Assembly: GCA_963705965.1 (NCBI GenBank)
Contig: CAVPLI010000001.1
Location: 324,720-388,719, forward strand
Reading direction: 5' to 3'
Origin: an uncultured Actinomycetes bacterium
Lineage (GTDB): Bacteria; Actinomycetota; Thermoleophilia; Gaiellales; JALYLC01
DNA length: 64,000 bases
Shown here: one piece after another, positions 43,821 through 55,717 of the stretch
Layout of the letters: every line of letters starts with the position of its first letter
Position numbering within the stretch: the first letter of the stretch is position 1
Made by a program: the position numbers and the translations under genes
Notes under the pieces: model-generated
The model's input: the letters and a program-made list of their open reading frames with translations, nothing else
Databases searched by the model: none
Told to the model about the DNA's origin: nothing

Positions 43821-43906
43821 GCTGACCAGGTCAGCGCCAGCTCCTCTACGAGTCAACTCGCGGCGGGCCGATGCCCGGCCTGCAATTGCGACAGGGAGGA
43901 GGGTGG

Positions 43907-44582
43907 ATGGACGACAGCCAGCGAAAGCTCGCGGCCGAGTTCGTCGGCACGTTCGCGCTGATCTTCTTCGGCGCCGGCGCGGCGCTCCAGGGCGCCGATC
44001 TGGTCGGAGCAGGCGCTCGCCAACGGCCTGGCCATCGGCCTGATGGTGACTGCGGTCGGCCACATCTCGGGCGGTCACTTCAATCCGGCCGTGACGCTCT
44101 CGATGCTCGTCACCGGGCGCATCTCACTGGCGGAGGGAGCCCGCTACATGGTCTCCCAGCTCGCAGGGGCGACGGCGGCAGCACTCGTGCTGCTCGCGAT
44201 CTTCCCGTCCGCGGTCACGGACGCCGCCAATCTCGGCGTGCCCGCGGTGGGCGGCGACGGCATCAGCACGGGCAACGCGCTCGTGGCCGAGATCGTGACC
44301 ACGTTCTTCCTCGTCTTCGTCATCTACGGCGTTGCGGTCGACAAGCGCGGTGCGTTCAGCATCCTCGCGGGTCTGCCGATCGGCCTCACGATCAGCATCA
44401 GCGTGCTCGCGGTCGGCGACGTCTCGGGCGCCGCTCTCAACCCCGCGCGCTGGTTCGGGCCGGCCCTCGTCTCGGGCACGTTCGACGACTTCTGGATCTG
44501 GATCGTCGGACCGGCGATCGGCGCGGTCCTCGCCGGCATCGCCTACGACCGGATACTCCTCAGGGGCACTCCGGGGGAGTAG
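43907..44582 (+). CDS. glpF: MIP-family aquaporin / glycerol facilitator (one frame change)
   Basis: GGAGGAGGG lies upstream of the ATG. Both NPA boxes are present (SGGHFNPAVT and GAALNPARW). The frame change lies near 44010. Confidence 0.8.
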
Positions 44583-44661
44583 TTCGACGGTCGTCCACTG
44601 ATACCGTGTGGTGGGACGGCGGTGCCGTTCCACCACACGGCACAATGGCTGGGACGGTGGC

Positions 44662-45788
44662 ATGAGCGGAGAGAGCAGCGTGCGGGAGTTGCGCGCGACG
44701 GGCCTTCAGGGCGTTTCGCTCGGCGAGACGGAGATCGCGCTCGTCGACGGCGAGAACGGCCGCCTCGATCTACCGCGGTCACGATGCCGAGCGGCTCGCG
44801 CACGAGAGCACGTTCGAGGCCACCGCCTTCCTGCTCTGGAACGGGCGCCTGCCGGACGACGCACGAGCTCTCCGAGCTCAAGCACCGCGCCGTGGCCGGC
44901 ATGGTCGTGCCCTCCGAGGTGCACGACGCGATCCGCTCGCTCGGGCCGGACGCGCTGGCGATGGACGTCCTCCGCACGGGTCTCTCGGTCGTGGGGCGCC
45001 ATGCGCGGCCGCGCCGAGGGCGGCGACAGCGAGGACGCGCTGTGGGCGCTCGCGGCGACGCCGGCGATCGTCGCCGACTTCGCGCGACTGCGCACCGGCG
45101 CGCAGGTGCTCGCGCCCGATCCCGAGCTGGGAATCGTCGAGAACTACCTGCTCAAGCTCAGCGGCGAGCCGCCCGGAGCCCGCGCAGGCTCGCGCGCTCG
45201 ACGCGTATTTCATCCTCGGCGCCGAGCACGGCATGAACGCCTCGACGTTCACCGCGCGCGTGATCGTCTCGACGCTCTCCGACCTCGCCTCGGGCCTGGT
45301 CGGGGCGGTCGGAGCGCTCAAGGGGCCGCTGCACGGCGGTGCGCCGAGCCACGTCTCGCACATGATCGACGAGATCGGCTCGGCCGAGAACGCCGAGCCC
45401 TGGCTGCGCCGCAAGCTCGAGGCGCGGCGAGGTCCTGATGGGCTTCGGCCATCGCGTCTACCGCACCTACGACCCCCGCGCACGCGCGCTCGGCGAGATC
45501 GCCGAGGGGCTCGCCGGCGAGAACGAGCGCCTCGCGCTCGCGCGCCACGTCGAGGAGACCGCGCTGCGCCTGCTGGAGGAGTACAAGCCGGGTCGCCGGC
45601 TGTACACGAACGTCGAGTACTACGCGGCCGTCGTGCTCGGCGGCGTCGACCTGCCGCCCGATCTCTACCCGGCGACGTTCGCCGCCGCCCGCACCGCCGG
45701 CTGGACGGCGCACATCCTCGAGCAGCTGCAGCACAACCGCCTGATCCGCCCGACGGTCGACTACGTCGGGCCGATGCCCGAGTCCTGA
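44662..45788 (+). CDS. Citrate synthase / 2-methylcitrate synthase-type (short form), heavily frame-disrupted
   Basis: [62 protein letters not shown] and LYTNVEYY are spread over all 3 frames with at least 5 changes. Confidence 0.75.
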
Positions 45789-46015
45789 GCGGGGGCGCCC
45801 GGCGGCTCGGCGAGAGCCTCGGCGAGCTTCTCGATGCGCGCCTCGGCGGCCTCGAGCCGGGTGCGGCACGCGCGGTAGAGGGCCTCGCCGCGCTCCCACA
45901 GGGCGAGCGCCTCCTCGAGCGACGTCGAGCCGTCCTCGAGCCGCTGCACGACCTGCTCCAGCTCGTCGCGCGCAGCCTCGAACGAGAGCTGCTCGACGGG
46001 GGTTGGCTCATCCAT
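45761..46015 (-). CDS. xseB: Exodeoxyribonuclease VII small subunit
   Basis: [40 protein letters not shown] is typical of XseB. The start overlaps the xseA stop by 8 nt. Confidence 0.8.
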   Translation of the reverse strand: MDEPTPVEQLSFEAARDELEQVVQRLEDGSTSLEEALALWERGEALYRACRTRLEAAEARIEKLAEALAEPPGAPAQDSGIGPT

Positions 46016-47252
46016 CCGCTCTGACCTCCTCGATGCGCGCACTGGCGGCGCCGCGCGCGAGCCGCAGGTCGACCTGCTCGCCCGTGGCGAGCGACGCGGC
46101 GTCGCGCACGGCCGCGCCGCCGTCGCCGATGACGATGGCGTAGCCGCGCTCGAGCGTGGCCTGCGGGGCGACCGCGCGCAGGCGCGCGACGAGCTGCTCG
46201 TTGCGCTGACTCCGCGACTCGAGCGCGCGCTGCGGCGCGCCGTCGAGCACGCTGCGCAGGCGCGCGAGCGCCTCGCGCCGCGAGACGACCCAGTAGTCGG
46301 GGCTGCGCAGCGCGGGTCGCGCCGCAAGGGACTCGAGTCGCTCGCGCGCACGCACGACGACGCGTTCGGCGCAGCGGCGCGCGGCCGAGCGCAGCCGCTC
46401 GACGTTCTCGAGCTCCTGGCGTGCGTCCGGGACGATCAGGCGCGCAGCGTCGGTGGGCGTCGAGGCGCGGCGGTCGGCGACCAGGTCGCACAGCGGAACG
46501 TCGCGCTCGTGCCCCACGGCGGAGACGACGACGGTCGAGCAGGCCGCGATCGCACGGCAGAGCCCCTCGTCCGAGAACGGCAGGAGATCCTCGAGCGAGC
46601 CGCCGCCGCGCGTGATCACGATCACGTCGACATCCGGCGCGGGCGTCGAGCGCCGTCAGGGCGCGCAGGATCTCGGGCACGGCGCGCTCACCCTGGACGG
46701 CGGTCTCGGCGAGCACGAAGCGCGCCGAGGGGAGGCGCGCCCGCGCGTTGCGGATGACGTCGAGCGGCGCGGCTGCATCCCGGCCCGCGATCAGGCCGAT
46801 GCCGCGCGGCCAGAGCGGCGGCGCGCTCTTGCGGGCGGCCTCGAAGAGCCCGTCGGCATCGAGCCGGCGCCGGGCCTCCTCGATGCGCGCGAGCAGCGCA
46901 CCGTCACCGGCGGGCTCGATGCGATCGGCGCGCAGCGACGAGCTCCGCGCGCTTGTCGTAGAGCGTCACCTTGCCGTGCACCTGCACGCGCTGGCCCTCG
47001 ACCGGACGCGGGTCGATGCGCTCGAACAGCCAGCGGGCCATCGTCACCAGCGAGCGTTGCGCCCTCGTCCGGATCGCGCAGCGTGAGGAACGTGACGCCG
47101 CGGTTGGCGTGGTAGCGCAGATCGCCGATCTCGCCCTCGACCCACAGCGCCGGCAGATCGTCGATGCGGCGCGCGAGCCCGCGATTGACGTTGGCGACGC
47201 TGTAGACGCGCCTGGCGGGCGCGACGGTGGCCTCGGCGCCGGCAGCGCTCAC
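46008..47252 (-). CDS. xseA: Exodeoxyribonuclease VII large subunit (frame-disrupted)
   Basis: [29 protein letters not shown] (OB fold), [20 protein letters not shown] and [26 protein letters not shown] are present. Frame changes lie near 47045, 46950 and 46640. Confidence 0.8.
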
Positions 47253-47267
47253 GAGAAGTTCAGTGCC

Positions 47268-47483
47268 CTAGACGAGGATGCGTTCGGCAAGCTCGGGCGA
47301 GCAGCCACTCGCCAGCAGGTCACACGCGTGGTGCAGGTCGGCGTCGCTGAGCGCGATGCGCTCGGCGACCTCCTGCGAACAGCCGGCCTGGACGAGTACG
47401 AGCTCGCGCCACTCGACCACCTGCTGCTGCACGTCGGAGCGCGGGCCCTGGCCTTGCGGAGCGGCAGATCGCGAAGCTGCCAT
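47268..47483 (-). CDS. Small hypothetical protein with an internal duplicated motif
   Basis: 71 aa. LVQAGCSQEVAERIAL and LLASGCSPELAERILV form two copies of an (A/S)GCS-x-E(V/L)AERI(A/L) motif. Third-position GC is high. Confidence 0.45.
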   Translation of the reverse strand: MAASRSAAPQGQGPRSDVQQQVVEWRELVLVQAGCSQEVAERIALSDADLHHACDLLASGCSPELAERILV

Positions 47484-47551
47484 GAGTCAATGGTACCCGA
47501 CAAGGCGCACGGTGTGGTCCCGGTCCGATTCCAGGCCTCTACGCTACGCCC

Positions 47552-48282
47552 ATGGCGAGCGAGGATCAGCTGCTCGCGGCCGCGGCGGCCGCGAAGCCGT
47601 TCGCCGCCGCCGGCGAGGAGGTCGTGGGCGTCCTCGTGGCGGATCCGTTCGAGCACGGGCTCGTGTTCCTGTGCGCGCTCGGGCCGCCGGCGGACGACGA
47701 GGACGAGGATGCCGACGACGTGCCGGAGCTCGGCTGGATCGCCGTCGACCCGGGCGGGCTCGCGCTCGCCGACTCGCGCCGCGTGCAGGAGGCGGCGATG
47801 CTCGCCGCACTCTGCGAGACGGCCGAGGAGGCCGCGCTCGTGCCCGAGGCGGCCGAGATCGCCGCGGCCGTCGACCGGGCGCTCGGCCTGGCCGGCGACG
47901 AGCGCCCCGAGCTGCGAGCCGCGCTCGACGCGACCCGGGAGGCGGCGCTGGCAGCGGCCGTCTACGACGACGGCCTGCGCGTCGCCCGCACGGGCTACGT
48001 CGACCAGCTCGGCGACGCCGCACGCGCTCTCGGCGCGAGCGCGCAGGATCTGCAGCAGCGCGGCGCGGAGCTGTCGGCGAGCCTCAGCGGCGGGCCCGGC
48101 GATCCTGCCGACGCGCTCGCCCGCGCAGTCTGGGACGTGCTCGACCGCATCGCGCTCGCGGGCGCGCCGGAGCGCTTCAGCGACGCGCTGGGTGACGCCG
48201 CGCCGGCCATCTCGGCGTTCGCCGAGGACGTGCTCGCGCACTACCGCGCGGACCTCGACGACGACGCGGAGGCAGGGCATGA
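47552..48282 (+). CDS. Acidic hypothetical protein; 3' end uncertain
   Basis: The frame is coding-like from MASEDQLLAAAA. The track ORF runs on to 48697 across the SDR start, so I assume a frame break near the end and a stop at TGA 48280-48282, which would overlap the SDR ATG. Confidence 0.4.
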
Positions 48283-49074
48283 CCACGTTCGACGGACGCC
48301 CCGTCCTGATCACCGGCGGCGGCACGGGCATGGGCCGGGCGTTCGCGCTCGCGCTCGCCGAGCGAGGCGCCTCCGTCGCCGTGTGCGGGCGCCGCGCCGA
48401 GCCGATCGAGGAGACGGCGGAGCTGTGCCGCGCCCACGGCGGTCGGCGCGCTCGCGTCGCAGGTCGACGTGCGCGATCCCGAGCGCGTCGAGGCCTGGGT
48501 GGCGGAGGCGGCCGCGGCGCTCGGCCCGCCGCGCATGCTCATCAACAACGCCGCCGGCAACTTCCTCGCGCACGCCATCGACCTCTCGCCGAACGGCTGG
48601 CGCGCCGTCATCGACATCGTCCTCAACGGGACGTTCTACTGCTCGACCTCGGTCGCGCGGAGCATGCGCGAGGCCGGCGTGGGCGGCTCGATCCTGAACG
48701 TGATCGCGAGCTACGCGTGGACGGGCAACCCGATGACGGCGCACTCGGCCGCCGCCAAGGCGGGCGTCTGGAACCTCGCCCGCTCGCTCGCGGTCGAGTG
48801 GGCCCCGCTCGGCATCCGCGTCAACTGCATCGCGCCCGGACCGCTCGACAGCGAGGGTGCCGCGGAACGCCTGTTCCCGACGCCCGAGATCCGCGACAAG
48901 ATGCTCGCGGACATCCCGGATCGCCGTTTCACGACGCTCGAGGACGTCGTCGCGAGCGCGCTCTTCCTGCTCTCCGACGACGCCGCCCACATCACGGGCG
49001 AGACGCTCACGATCGACGGCGGCCAGTCGCTCTCGCAGGGCATGTTCCGGCACAGCCCCATTCCGCAGCGCTGA
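48279..49074 (+). CDS. Short-chain dehydrogenase/reductase (2,4-dienoyl-CoA reductase-like SDR), one frame change
   Basis: [13 protein letters not shown] is followed by a frame change near 48445. LINNAAGNF, the catalytic YxxxK equivalent (HSAAAKAG), RVNCIAPGP and GETLTIDGG then follow. Confidence 0.8.
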
Positions 49075-49083
49075 ATCCCGTTC

Positions 49084-50369
<1,286 letters not shown>

Positions 50370-50443
50370 CGCGGCTTCCCTGGTCGAACGACATGGCGAT
50401 TGGAACCTACCCGGTTCCCGGCCTCGCCAGCCTCACCACGCCT

Positions 50444-51166
50444 CTATGCGGCGGCGCCGCGCGCCAGCAGGTGAGCGATGCTCGCCTCGCGGTTGTTCTC
50501 GCGCGCGACGCGCATGGCCTGGCGGCCCCACACGGCATCCGTGGCGTCGATCGGCGTTCCCGCGGCGAGCAGCTCGTCGATGACGGCGAGCCGTTCGTGG
50601 TCTGCGGCCATCACGAGTGCGCGGATGCGCGCCTCGGGATCCGTCTCGGGGGTCAGCCACTCGCCCAGGTCACCCGCGGCGGCGGCTTCCTCGATGCCGC
50701 GGACGCGCGCGCCGGCGGCGACCAGCACGTCGAGCACCGGCGTCATGCCGAACACGGCGGCGTGCAGCAGCGCGGTCCCGCCGGGCACGCCGCCGGCGTC
50801 GGGCGCCGCGAGCGCCTCCAGGTCGGCGCCGGCGGCGATGAGCTCGCGCGCGACATCGGCGTCGCCGTAGCTCGCCGCGGTGATCAGGGGCGTCTCGCGA
50901 TCCTCGGGCTCACCGTCGACGGGAGCCCCGGCTGCAAGCAGGGCACGTGCGATCGGCCCGGTGGCGGGCAGGTCGCCGGCGATCCCGAGGCGCTGCGCGT
51001 CGAAGCGGAGCATCGCGATGAAGGCGAGCGGCGGGGCGCTCCGCGGGTGATCGCACCATCGCTCGAGCGAGCCGGCGGCGACCTCCGGATCGCCCGCGAG
51101 CAACTCGCCCAGCCGTCGCGCGTCGCGCGTCGCCAGGATCTCGCGGCGTTCGGACTCGGTCGGCAT
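50444..51166 (-). CDS. Ankyrin-repeat protein
   Basis: Intact 240-aa frame with repeated ankyrin-like units: TPLITAASYGDADVARELIAAGADL, GTALLHAAVFGMTPVLDVLVAAGA and LVMAADHERLAVIDELLAAGTPID. Confidence 0.7.
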   Translation of the reverse strand: MPTESERREILATRDARRLGELLAGDPEVAAGSLERWCDHPRSAPPLAFIAMLRFDAQRLGIAGDLPATGPIARALLAAGAPVDGEPEDRETPLITAASYGDADVARELIAAGADLEALAAPDAGGVPGGTALLHAAVFGMTPVLDVLVAAGARVRGIEEAAAAGDLGEWLTPETDPEARIRALVMAADHERLAVIDELLAAGTPIDATDAVWGRQAMRVARENNREASIAHLLARGAAA

Positions 51167-51182
51167 CGGCGTCCAGCAGGCC

Positions 51183-51889
51183 CTACCCGCGCAGCGCCTC
51201 GTGCAGGCGCTCGACGAGCAGGGCGAAGGCCGAGTCCGTCAGCGCGGGGAGGAGGTCCTCGTCGGCGGGCATCGCGCGCGCTCATCGCCGGGCGGCGCGC
51301 CCTTCCGGCGCGGCCCAGGCGCGCACGATCGACTGCGTGCAGCTGCTCGCCGGCCGCGAGACGCCCGTTGAGGTGGCGTTCCGACCAGACGTGCATGCCG
51401 GCGATGCGGCCGACCGCGCCCGCGTCCAGCGGGTAGGCGCCGAGCACGTTCGCGCGGCAGCGGACGCCGCGGAGCGTGCGCCGTGATCGCGGCGGCCTCG
51501 CGCTGCCAGGTCGAGGCCACGGCCTCGGGCTCGTTGCCGTCGGGAAGCAGCCAGAGCTGGTCGTCCTCGGACGGCGGGAGCTCACCGGAGTAGAGGGCGA
51601 AGAGCAGGTCGCCGCGTGCGATCGCCTCGGCGGCGACCGCGTGCTGGCGGAGCGTGCCCGCGCTCACGCCGGGCAGCGGCGCGGAGGGGTCGCCGCCCTC
51701 GGCGCGCGAGTTGGCGTAGCCGAGCTGCGTCCAGCACCGCCAGGCGCTGGTCGGCGTAGGCCCGCACCGGATGATCCTCGGGCAGCGCCGGCGATGAGCC
51801 GCTCGACGCGCTCGCGGATCTGAAAGGCGAAGTGCGGCGTCGACGCGCCCGATCAGCGCGTCGATGTCCTGCGTCGTCGGCTCGCGCAT
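51183..51889 (-). CDS. Hypothetical protein, heavily frame-disrupted (family not recognised)
   Basis: Coding-like blocks lie in 3 frames: MREPTTQDIDALIGRVDAAL, DHPVRAYADQRLAVLDAA, GTLRQHAVAAEAIARGDLLFALYSGELPPSEDDQLWLLPDG, NVLGAYPLDAGAVGRIAGMHVWSERHLNG and LTDSAFALLVERLHEALRG*. Confidence 0.3.
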
Positions 51890-51900
51890 CGAGCGGAACC

Positions 51901-52808
51901 TTAGCCTCCAGATGGCCAGGGCGGCCGAGCAGCGCACGCGAACGCCTCGGGCCGCTCGACCATCGGCAGGTGGCCGCAGCCGGGCAGGAAGCGGATCGAG
52001 GCGCCGAGGGCACGTGCGCCTGCAGGACGGCGGCGTCGGCCGGGCGGCACGATGCGATCGCGGTCGCCCCAGATCGCCGCGATCGGCGCCGCCAGGCGCG
52101 CGCGCCTCCTCGGCCAGGCCGATCGCGAACGACGCGGCGATCGCGCCGGGCAGCTCGCGCGCGTCGCGGCCGCCGTCGACGAGGCGCGCGCAGTCTCGTC
52201 GATCGACGGTCGACGGGTCGTCGACCAGCGGCGGAGCGCGGCGCGCCGCAGCGGCCCGACGAGCGAGGCCAGCCAGTGCTCCCAGTGGGAACGGCGCTCG
52301 CCGCAGCGCCCGGTAGAGCGGCACGCGCTCAGCGCGCGCTGCTGCCAGACCGGCGCGGGCGCGAGCCCGCTCGGGCCCGACCAGGATCACGCGCGCGACG
52401 ACGTCCGGGTGGCGGAGGCGAAGCGCGACGGCCAGCGGGCCGCCGAGCGAATGGCCGCAGACGACCGCCGGCGACCCGTCTCGAGCGCGCGCATCGCGGC
52501 GGCCAGGCGTCGCTCGCCGAGTCGAGGTCGAATCCCGCCGGCGGGCTCGTCCGAGCGGCCGAAGCCGGGCAGGTCGAGCGCGATGCAGGCGCGCCCGGTC
52601 GCTCAGCAGCGCCATCGTGCGGCCCCAGTACTCCCAGGTGCCGCCGAGCCCGTGCAGCAGCAGGAGTCGGCGGGCCCGAGCCCGCCTCGGCGCCGGTCAC
52701 GAGCCGTCCGGACAGCTCGACGCGCAGCGGGCGGAAGCCGGCGGCGAGCCGGGCGCAGCCAACCGGGCGGCTCGCGCGGCTGCGCGCGATGGTGAGGAAG
52801 CGGCCCAT
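51901..52808 (-). CDS. Alpha/beta-fold hydrolase, heavily frame-disrupted
   Basis: LLLLHGLGGTWEYW-type, ALDLPGFGRS-type and VVCGHSLGGPLA (nucleophile elbow GxSxG) are present. There are at least 4 frame changes. The ATG 52808 overlaps the upstream stop (ATGA). Confidence 0.55.
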
Positions 52809-53479
52809 CAGGCGCGTGAGCCGTCTGCCAGGTACTCCGGCTCGTAGGCGCGGGCGCGGGCGACCAGCTCGGCGGGATCGGCGCCGCGCGCCCGCACGAT
52901 CTCGGGCACGGCGCCCGTCCAGCGCCTCGACCGAGTCGGCGTCGACCTCGATGTGGAACTGGATCGCCCAGACGGCGTCGCCGATGCGGTACGCCTGCTG
53001 CGGTGCGCGCTCGGAGCGCGCGAGCGGCACGGCTCCCTCGGGGAGCTCGCAGCCGTAGTCGTGCCACTGGAAGACCTCGCACGCGGGCGCGAGCGGCCCG
53101 AGCAGCGACGTCGTGCGGCACCGGCCTCGGTCAGCTCGACGTGGAACCAGCCCAGCTCGGGCTGCGCCAGCCGCGGCGCGCCGACGCCGAGCGCCTGGCC
53201 GAGCAGCTGCGCGCCGAGGCAGATCCCGAGCACCGCGGTGTCGCGCTCGACCGCCTCGGCGAGCGTTGCGCGCACGTCCGCGAGCCAGGCGAGCCGCGCG
53301 TCGTCGTCGGGGTTCATGGTGCCGCCGTAGGCGACCACCGCGTCCACGTCGTCGAGGATCGGCCGGGGCTCGCCGGCGTGTGCGTGCCAGTGCTCGATCG
53401 CCCAGCCGCCGGCACGTGCGGGGGCCAGCAGGCTGCCGCCGTCGGAGGTGGGCTCGTGATGGATGCAGAGCAGGCGCAC
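52808..53479 (-). CDS. Class-I glutamine amidotransferase-like protein (frame-disrupted)
   Basis: [33 protein letters not shown] (nucleophile Cys elbow) and AIQFHIE (His-Glu) are present. Frame changes lie near 53120 and 52925. The start is uncertain (53479 or 53530). Confidence 0.65.
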   Translation of the reverse strand: MRLLCIHHEPTSDGGSLLAPARAGGWAIEHWHAHAGEPRPILDDVDAVVAYGGTMNPDDDARLAWLADVRATLAEAVERDTAVLGICLGAQLLGQALGVGAPRLAQPELGWFHVELTEAGAARRRCSGRSRPRARSSSGTTTAASSPREPCRSRAPSAHRSRRTASATPSGRSSSTSRSTPTRSRRWTGAVPEIVRARGADPAELVARARAYEPEYLADGSRA

Positions 53480-53536
53480 GGGCCGATCGTAGCCGCGCGT
53501 GCGTCCCGCTCGAGATGCGCCGACTACCATCCACGC

Positions 53537-54374
53537 GTGCACGCGGAGCGTCCGATCGGCATGTTCGACTCCGGCGTGGGAGGCCTCACGGTGCTCCACG
53601 AGTGCCTCGTCACGATGCCGCACGAGGACTTCCTCTACGCCGGCGACACCGCGCGCTTCCCGTACGGCGGGCGCTCGGCCGGACGAGCTGCGCGGCTACG
53701 CCCAGGAGATCGGCGGCTGGCTCGTCCGCGCGGGCGTGAAGCTGATCGTGGTCGCCTGCAACTCGGCCACGGCGACCGCGCTCGGCGATCTGCAGCGCAC
53801 GCTCGAGGTGCCGGTGATCGGCGTGCTCACGCCCGAGGCGCGGGCCGCGGTGCAGCTCACGCGCAACCGCCGCGTCGGGCTGCTGGCCACCGAGGCGACG
53901 ATCGCGAGCGGCCGCTATCGCGACGTCGTGCACGGCCTCGACGCCGGCATCGAGCTCGTCGAGGTGGCCTGTCCGGGCCTGGCCGACGCGATCCAGCGCG
54001 GCGAGACCTACGACGAGACGATGGTCGCGCGCGTGCGCGCGCACTGCGCGCCGCTGCGCGCGGCCGAGGTCGACACCGTGATCCTGGGCTGCACGCACTA
54101 CCCGCTGATCCGCGGGATGCTGCAGCGCGAGCTCGGGCGCGACGTGGCGCTCGTCTCGGCGGCCGAGGAGCTGGCCGAGGAGGTCGCCGCGACGCTCGCG
54201 CGCAAGCGGCTCGCGCGCGACCACGGCCGCCGCGGCTCGTACCGCTTCGCCTGCACGGGCGACGCCGAGGCGTTCGCGAGCGTCGGCCGCCGCTTCCTGC
54301 AGCTGCCCATCTCGAGCGTGCGCACGCTCGACGCCGGCCGAACTAGCCGGACTCAGTCCTCGCGGCCGTCTTAG
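53537..54374 (+). CDS. murI: Glutamate racemase (one frame change)
   Basis: [14 protein letters not shown] and [11 protein letters not shown] are followed by an extra G at 53681-53682. [11 protein letters not shown] and [10 protein letters not shown] then follow. Confidence 0.85.
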
Positions 54375-54409
54375 GGCACTGATGCGCAGGCACCGCCTAG
54401 ACTCCAGCG

Positions 54410-55136
54410 ATGCGACACGACGGCCGCGCAGAGGACGAGCTGCGCCCTCTCGACTTGCTGCCCGGGCTTCGTCGAGACGGCGGACGGCTCCGTGCTGTTC
54501 TCGATCGGCCGCACGCGCGTGATCTGCACGGCCAGCGTCGACGCGGACACGCCGCGCTGGCTGCGCGGCACCGGGCGCGGCTGGGTCAGCGCCGAGTACG
54601 GGATGCTGCCCGGCCTCGACCGGCCAGCGGAAGCAGCGCGACTCCTCGCGCGGCCGCCCGGACGGCCGCTCGATCGAGATCCAGCGCCTGATCGGCCGCT
54701 CGCTGCGCGCGATCGTCGACCTCGAGGCGCTCGGCGAGCGCACGGTGTGGGTCGACTGCGACGTCCTGCAGGCCGACGGCGGCACGCGCTGCGCGTCGAT
54801 CTGCGGCGGCTACGTCGCGCTGCACCGCGCGCTCAGCGGCCTCGTCGACGCCGGCAAGCTGCGCCGAGCTGCCGCTCACCGCGGGCGTGGCCGCCGTCTC
54901 CTGCGGGATCGTCGAGGGCGAGGCGGTGCTCGACCTCGACTACCACGAGGACTCGAGCGCCGAGGTCGACCTCAACGTCGTCATGACGAGCGGCGGGCCG
55001 CCTCGTCGAGGTGCAGGGCACGGCGGAGGGCCAGCCGTTCGACCGCGCCCAGCTCGACCGCCTGCTCGAGCTCGGCGCCGCGGGCATGGAGCGCATCGAG
55101 GCTGCGCAGCTGCGGGCGGTCGCCGCCCCCCGATGA
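54410..55136 (+). CDS. rph: Ribonuclease PH, heavily frame-disrupted
   Basis: [79 protein letters not shown] and VDLNVVMT lie across 3 frames with at least 5 changes. The stop overlaps the rdgB ATG (ATGA). Confidence 0.8.
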
Positions 55137-55717
55137 GCCGGCTGCGCGCGGTGCTCGCCACGGGGAACGCCGGCAAGGCAGCCGAGCTGTCGCGCCTGCT
55201 CGGCCGTCGACGTGCGAGGCGCGGCCGATCGAGGTCGACGAGAACGCCGGCACGTACGCGGGCAACGCGCTGCTCAAGGCGCGCGCCGCGCTCGCGGCGG
55301 CCGACGGCCGCATCGGGCTCGGCGACGACTCCGGGCTCGAGGTCGCGGCGCTCGGCGGCGAGCCGGGTCTGCGCTCGGCGCGCTGGGCCGGTCCGACCGA
55401 CGCCGACCGCAACGCGGCGCTGCTCGCGCGCCTCGACGGCGCCGCCGGACCGCTCGGCGGCGTTCGTGTGCGCGCTCGCCGCGGTCGCTGCCCGACGGCC
55501 GCGAGATCGTGGTCGAGGGGCGCGTCGAGGGCGCGATCGCCGACGCGCCGCGCGGCGAGCGCGCGGGTTCGGCTACGACCCGCTCTTCGTGCCCGAGGGC
55601 GAGTCGCGCACGCGTCGCGCGAGCTCGACGCCGCACGAGAAGGACGTCGCTCTCGCACCGCGGGCGCGCCTCGCGCGCGCTCGCGGCGGCGCTCGGCGGA
55701 GGCCGGCGTCGCTGTGA
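55133..55717 (+). CDS. rdgB: Non-canonical purine NTP pyrophosphatase (RdgB/HAM1 family), heavily frame-disrupted
   Basis: [52 protein letters not shown] and SHRG are present with at least 4 frame changes. The end is assigned to TGA 55715-55717, which overlaps a GTG. Confidence 0.65.
   Translation: MSRLRAVLATGNAGKAAELSRLLGRRRARRGRSRSTRTPARTRATRCSRRAPRSRRPTAASGSATTPGSRSRRSAASRVCARRAGPVRPTPTATRRCSRASTAPPDRSAAFVCALAAVAARRPRDRGRGARRGRDRRRAARRARGFGYDPLFVPEGESRTRRASSTPHEKDVALAPRARLARARGGARRRPASL

Noticed and set aside
43821-43906. Small hairpins in the glpK-glpF spacer (GCTGAC-CAG-GTCAGC at 43821-43835), considered as a possible riboswitch or regulatory element.
   Set aside because: The stems are short, I recognised no conserved motif, and the spacer is a typical operon-internal gap with a strong SD (GGAGGAGGG) for glpF.
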